Assembly (NCBI GenBank): GCA_977862235.1
Contig: OZ374563.1
Location: forward strand, 2,232,001-2,296,000
Source: Dudresnaya verticillata
Lineage: Eukaryota
Direction: 5' to 3'
Length of the DNA stretch: 64,000 nt
Part shown: piece after piece, positions 61,288 to 64,000 of the stretch
Numbering within the stretch: position 1 is the stretch's first letter
Layout: every line of letters begins with the position of its first letter
Translations under genes and position numbers: made by a program
The notes under the pieces: generated by a model
What the model saw: the letters and a program-made list of their open reading frames with translations, nothing else
Told to the model about the DNA's origin: nothing
The model's database searches: none

Positions 61288-63591
61288 TCAAGACTCCTTC
61301 GTCGCAGACGAATCGGCTGGCACGTCCCCAGCGCCTTCGGCGGACTCACGCAACGCCTCTTCGTAGAGGTCGTCCTCCGTCGTTGACGGCATACTCACGG
61401 CAGGAGCCGGGGCGGACCGCAAAGGCCTTGCCACCGCAACTGCCGGAGTGGCTGCAACAGGCGCCGCAGGCGAAGTGGGAGACTCATCGATCGCCTTGGG
61501 CGTCGTCGCGACAATATCCGCCAAAGGCGATGAAGCAATAACACCCACCACAGGCGCAGAGCCTAAGTTACCATTCGCCATAGGCGCGGGCACAGCCCCA
61601 TCCGCTTTAAGCGTACTCAACGACTCGTCGACCGCCTTTGGCGTCAATTAGGAAACCGCCTTGGTTGGCGTCGCTTCTTCACTCGCCTTCGGCGTTGTTA
61701 ACCCGACACCCGTCAATGACGCAGGAGCACTTAGCCCCTCTTGAACCGCCAACGACGCTACAGCGGCATTCGCCTCGCTCGCCGCAGGCGGTACAGTCAT
61801 ACTCACGTCCTTAGAAGCCGGACCATTCACCTTAGGCGACGAAGGCTTCTCTGCCACACCGTCCTTCGACGCAGAACCTACGACACTAGTCGACCTCGGC
61901 GCGGGCCCACCCTGAGGTGGGACCGCAGCCGACAAAGCTTGGCTCATCCACTCAGTGGGTGAGCCGCTCAGACCGCTAGTAGCGACGCCCGCCGCCTGCA
62001 ATAACGCAAGCACGGTGCGGCGCTGCTCTTCGGTCCAAAGCGGCACCGGAGCTGGACCCCCAGAACCGTCTGCGACGTTTGATGCTTCGCCTTGAGGCGT
62101 CACGGTCGGCGGAGCCGGCTCAAGTATTGGCGTCGCCATAACGGCATCGCCATCATCGTCCGCAACGGGAGCCGCAAGGTCCAGAGGAGCAACAGCTGGC
62201 AGGCCAGCTGGCACTCCACCGCCACCGACAGCGCCTCCGGGCAAAGCCGAAGACGCGGGCGCAGGCTCGGTAGTCGACTCAACCGCCATAGGCGTAGTAA
62301 TGTCCGTCCCAGACGGGTTCTCCGGTCCGCCATCGGCGTTAAACGCATCCTCCTCGGCCATTAAGGCGCTCAGATGCGGAGGAAAATCACCGACAAAGTC
62401 GCAGCTCTTACGCAAACCACGCGGGTGATTACCCGGGGTGAAGCGGTCCGTTTTGCGATGGCGCTCCGCAATGTTCTTCGTCGTACGACGCTTAGTCCAC
62501 GGGTTATAATGGACCCAATCGCCACAGGCGGAGTGAGTCCGACTCATCGCGAATCGCGGACGGTTCGCCTTACGGCGGTTGTTCGCATACGGCACCATTG
62601 CCGGGTCGTTCCAGTCGATCTCATCCGCCACAGCGCGCAGGTTCCAGAACTCCTCGGCGTTCCGGGAGCCGCCAAATATTTCGACCAAGTCGAGGCTGCC
62701 AAGCTGAGCCACCACACGCGGGGGCAAGTGGTACATACGGAAGGTGTCATACACCTCCCATAACCACGCATACGCCACATTGGCGACCCACTCCGTGTAA
62801 AACACGATCCAATACCTGGAATAGGGGTCGGTCATCAGCTCGGAACCCAGATACGTGACACACGGAGGAAGCTCTACGGAGAAACCCTCGCATATCTCAA
62901 ACTCGCGCCACACTGGCGGGACCTTCACGAAACAAAACGGCAACTTACTACGCTCAATGCGGTCAACCTGCATGTCCTGGTAAAGCACGAATACGCCCTT
63001 TCGGTGACGCGTCTCGCACTCCCACCGGATACAACGCTCCCAAAAGAACGTACCCGTACGATGCAGGTAACGAAAATCCGCTTTCAAGCGTACGCCTAAG
63101 AGGTAGGCCTCTCCCAACACACGGGGCTCAATCGACACGCTCACATGTTTGAACGACAGCGTCCCAAGACGAGCACCATATTCGGATTCGCCGGCTGTGA
63201 GGTATTGTCCCGCATCATAATTGAACAGGGGCGGCGTTAACGTCGACCCCGGATAACGCGTGAAGCGACGATACACGTCTGAGACGAACCGCGCGTGGAC
63301 GTCCGCACGCGACTGTCCCGCTCGCACCCAAAGCCATTCCGCAGGAACGGCACAGCGTAACTTCCATTCCAACGTCCATACGACGCCGAGGGGCAAGCCC
63401 CCCGGCAAGAAACCACTAGTAGCGTAATGAGCAACTAACTCTTCCTCGCGCAAGGCCTCCTGGTCGAACCAGGGGGCCCGCGCGAAGAAGTGCGCGTGAT
63501 CGCGAGGGTTCTTTCCGACGAAGTCGACAGGCGAAGCGTACACCGGCGCAGCCGAAGGTGCTGCCACCTGCATGCCATTGAACATCGGCAT
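61288..63591 (-). CDS. B2 antisense accessory gene, 767 codons with one premature TAA (61648-61650)
   Basis: ORFs 61648..63591 and 61288..61647 are contiguous and in frame; B1 has GAA at the stop position. Confidence 0.85.
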
Positions 63592-63693
63592 GACGTCAAC
63601 GACGAGAATATGTTAACGCCAAAGGCGATGCTTGTACGAACGTCAAAGATGACTCGTGTCCTGCGCCACTAGCGAAAGCTTCAAGGAGCGTGC

Positions 63694-63975
63694 GTCGAAG
63701 ACGATTACTGTTGTAACGCCCTAGGCGAGGAAACCAAACCCACGTCGACGACGTTCAGCTGCTGCGCCAATGGCGATGCCAAAAGCAAACGACGTCGAAG
63801 ACGACTACTGTTGCGACGCCTTAGGCGAGAGAAGGAAACCCGCGTCAACGACGTTTGACTGCTGCGCCAATGGCGATGCCGAAGGCAAACGACGTCGATG
63901 AAGATTAAGTTGCAACGCCCCAGGCGAGGGATATACGATAGACGTCAACGACGGCGCTCGTTATGCGCCACAGGC
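63694..63975. repeat. 100-bp tandem repeat x3 (x2 in B1, about 48590-48770)
   Basis: Units begin GTCGA(A/T)GA at 63694, 63794 and 63894. Confidence 0.8.
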
Positions 63976-64000
63976 GGTGATGTCGGGGCAGCGTACGCAG

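Larger units (their letters stand above)
51686..64000 (+). mobile_element. Ty3/Gypsy element B2 (runs off the window end before its 3' LTR)
   Basis: Colinear paralog of B1; left flank CAAAG lies inside the element E RT. Confidence 0.95.

Overview
Eukaryotic, transposon-dominated window, most consistent with a compact-gened alga such as a red alga (inference from short GT-AG introns, an intronless ADA2 and the TE types; not proven). Nested Ty3/Gypsy LTR retrotransposons make up most of it. Element A (888-8990, minus) is 5'-truncated and has a solo LTR at 34517-35369. Two solo LTRs belong to family D (6089-6955, 11778-12613). Element E (minus) has a WLDD RT motif, and two copies of a ~13 kb chromodomain-bearing element B are inserted into it: B1 36626-49871 (complete, TSD CGTTC) and B2 from 51686 past the window end. 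The middle part holds ADA2, a broken SUT/SLC45-type sugar-transporter gene and its fragmented duplicate, several LINE remnants, an RLE-type non-LTR fragment, a 25-aa-repeat protein gene and several unknown ORFs. The most notable signal is that both B copies carry an extra ~767-codon antisense gene between pol and the 3' LTR. Between-copy differences in the stretch I checked are mostly synonymous, which points to a selected accessory protein of unknown function. All coordinates and identities were read by eye; no database searches were run.
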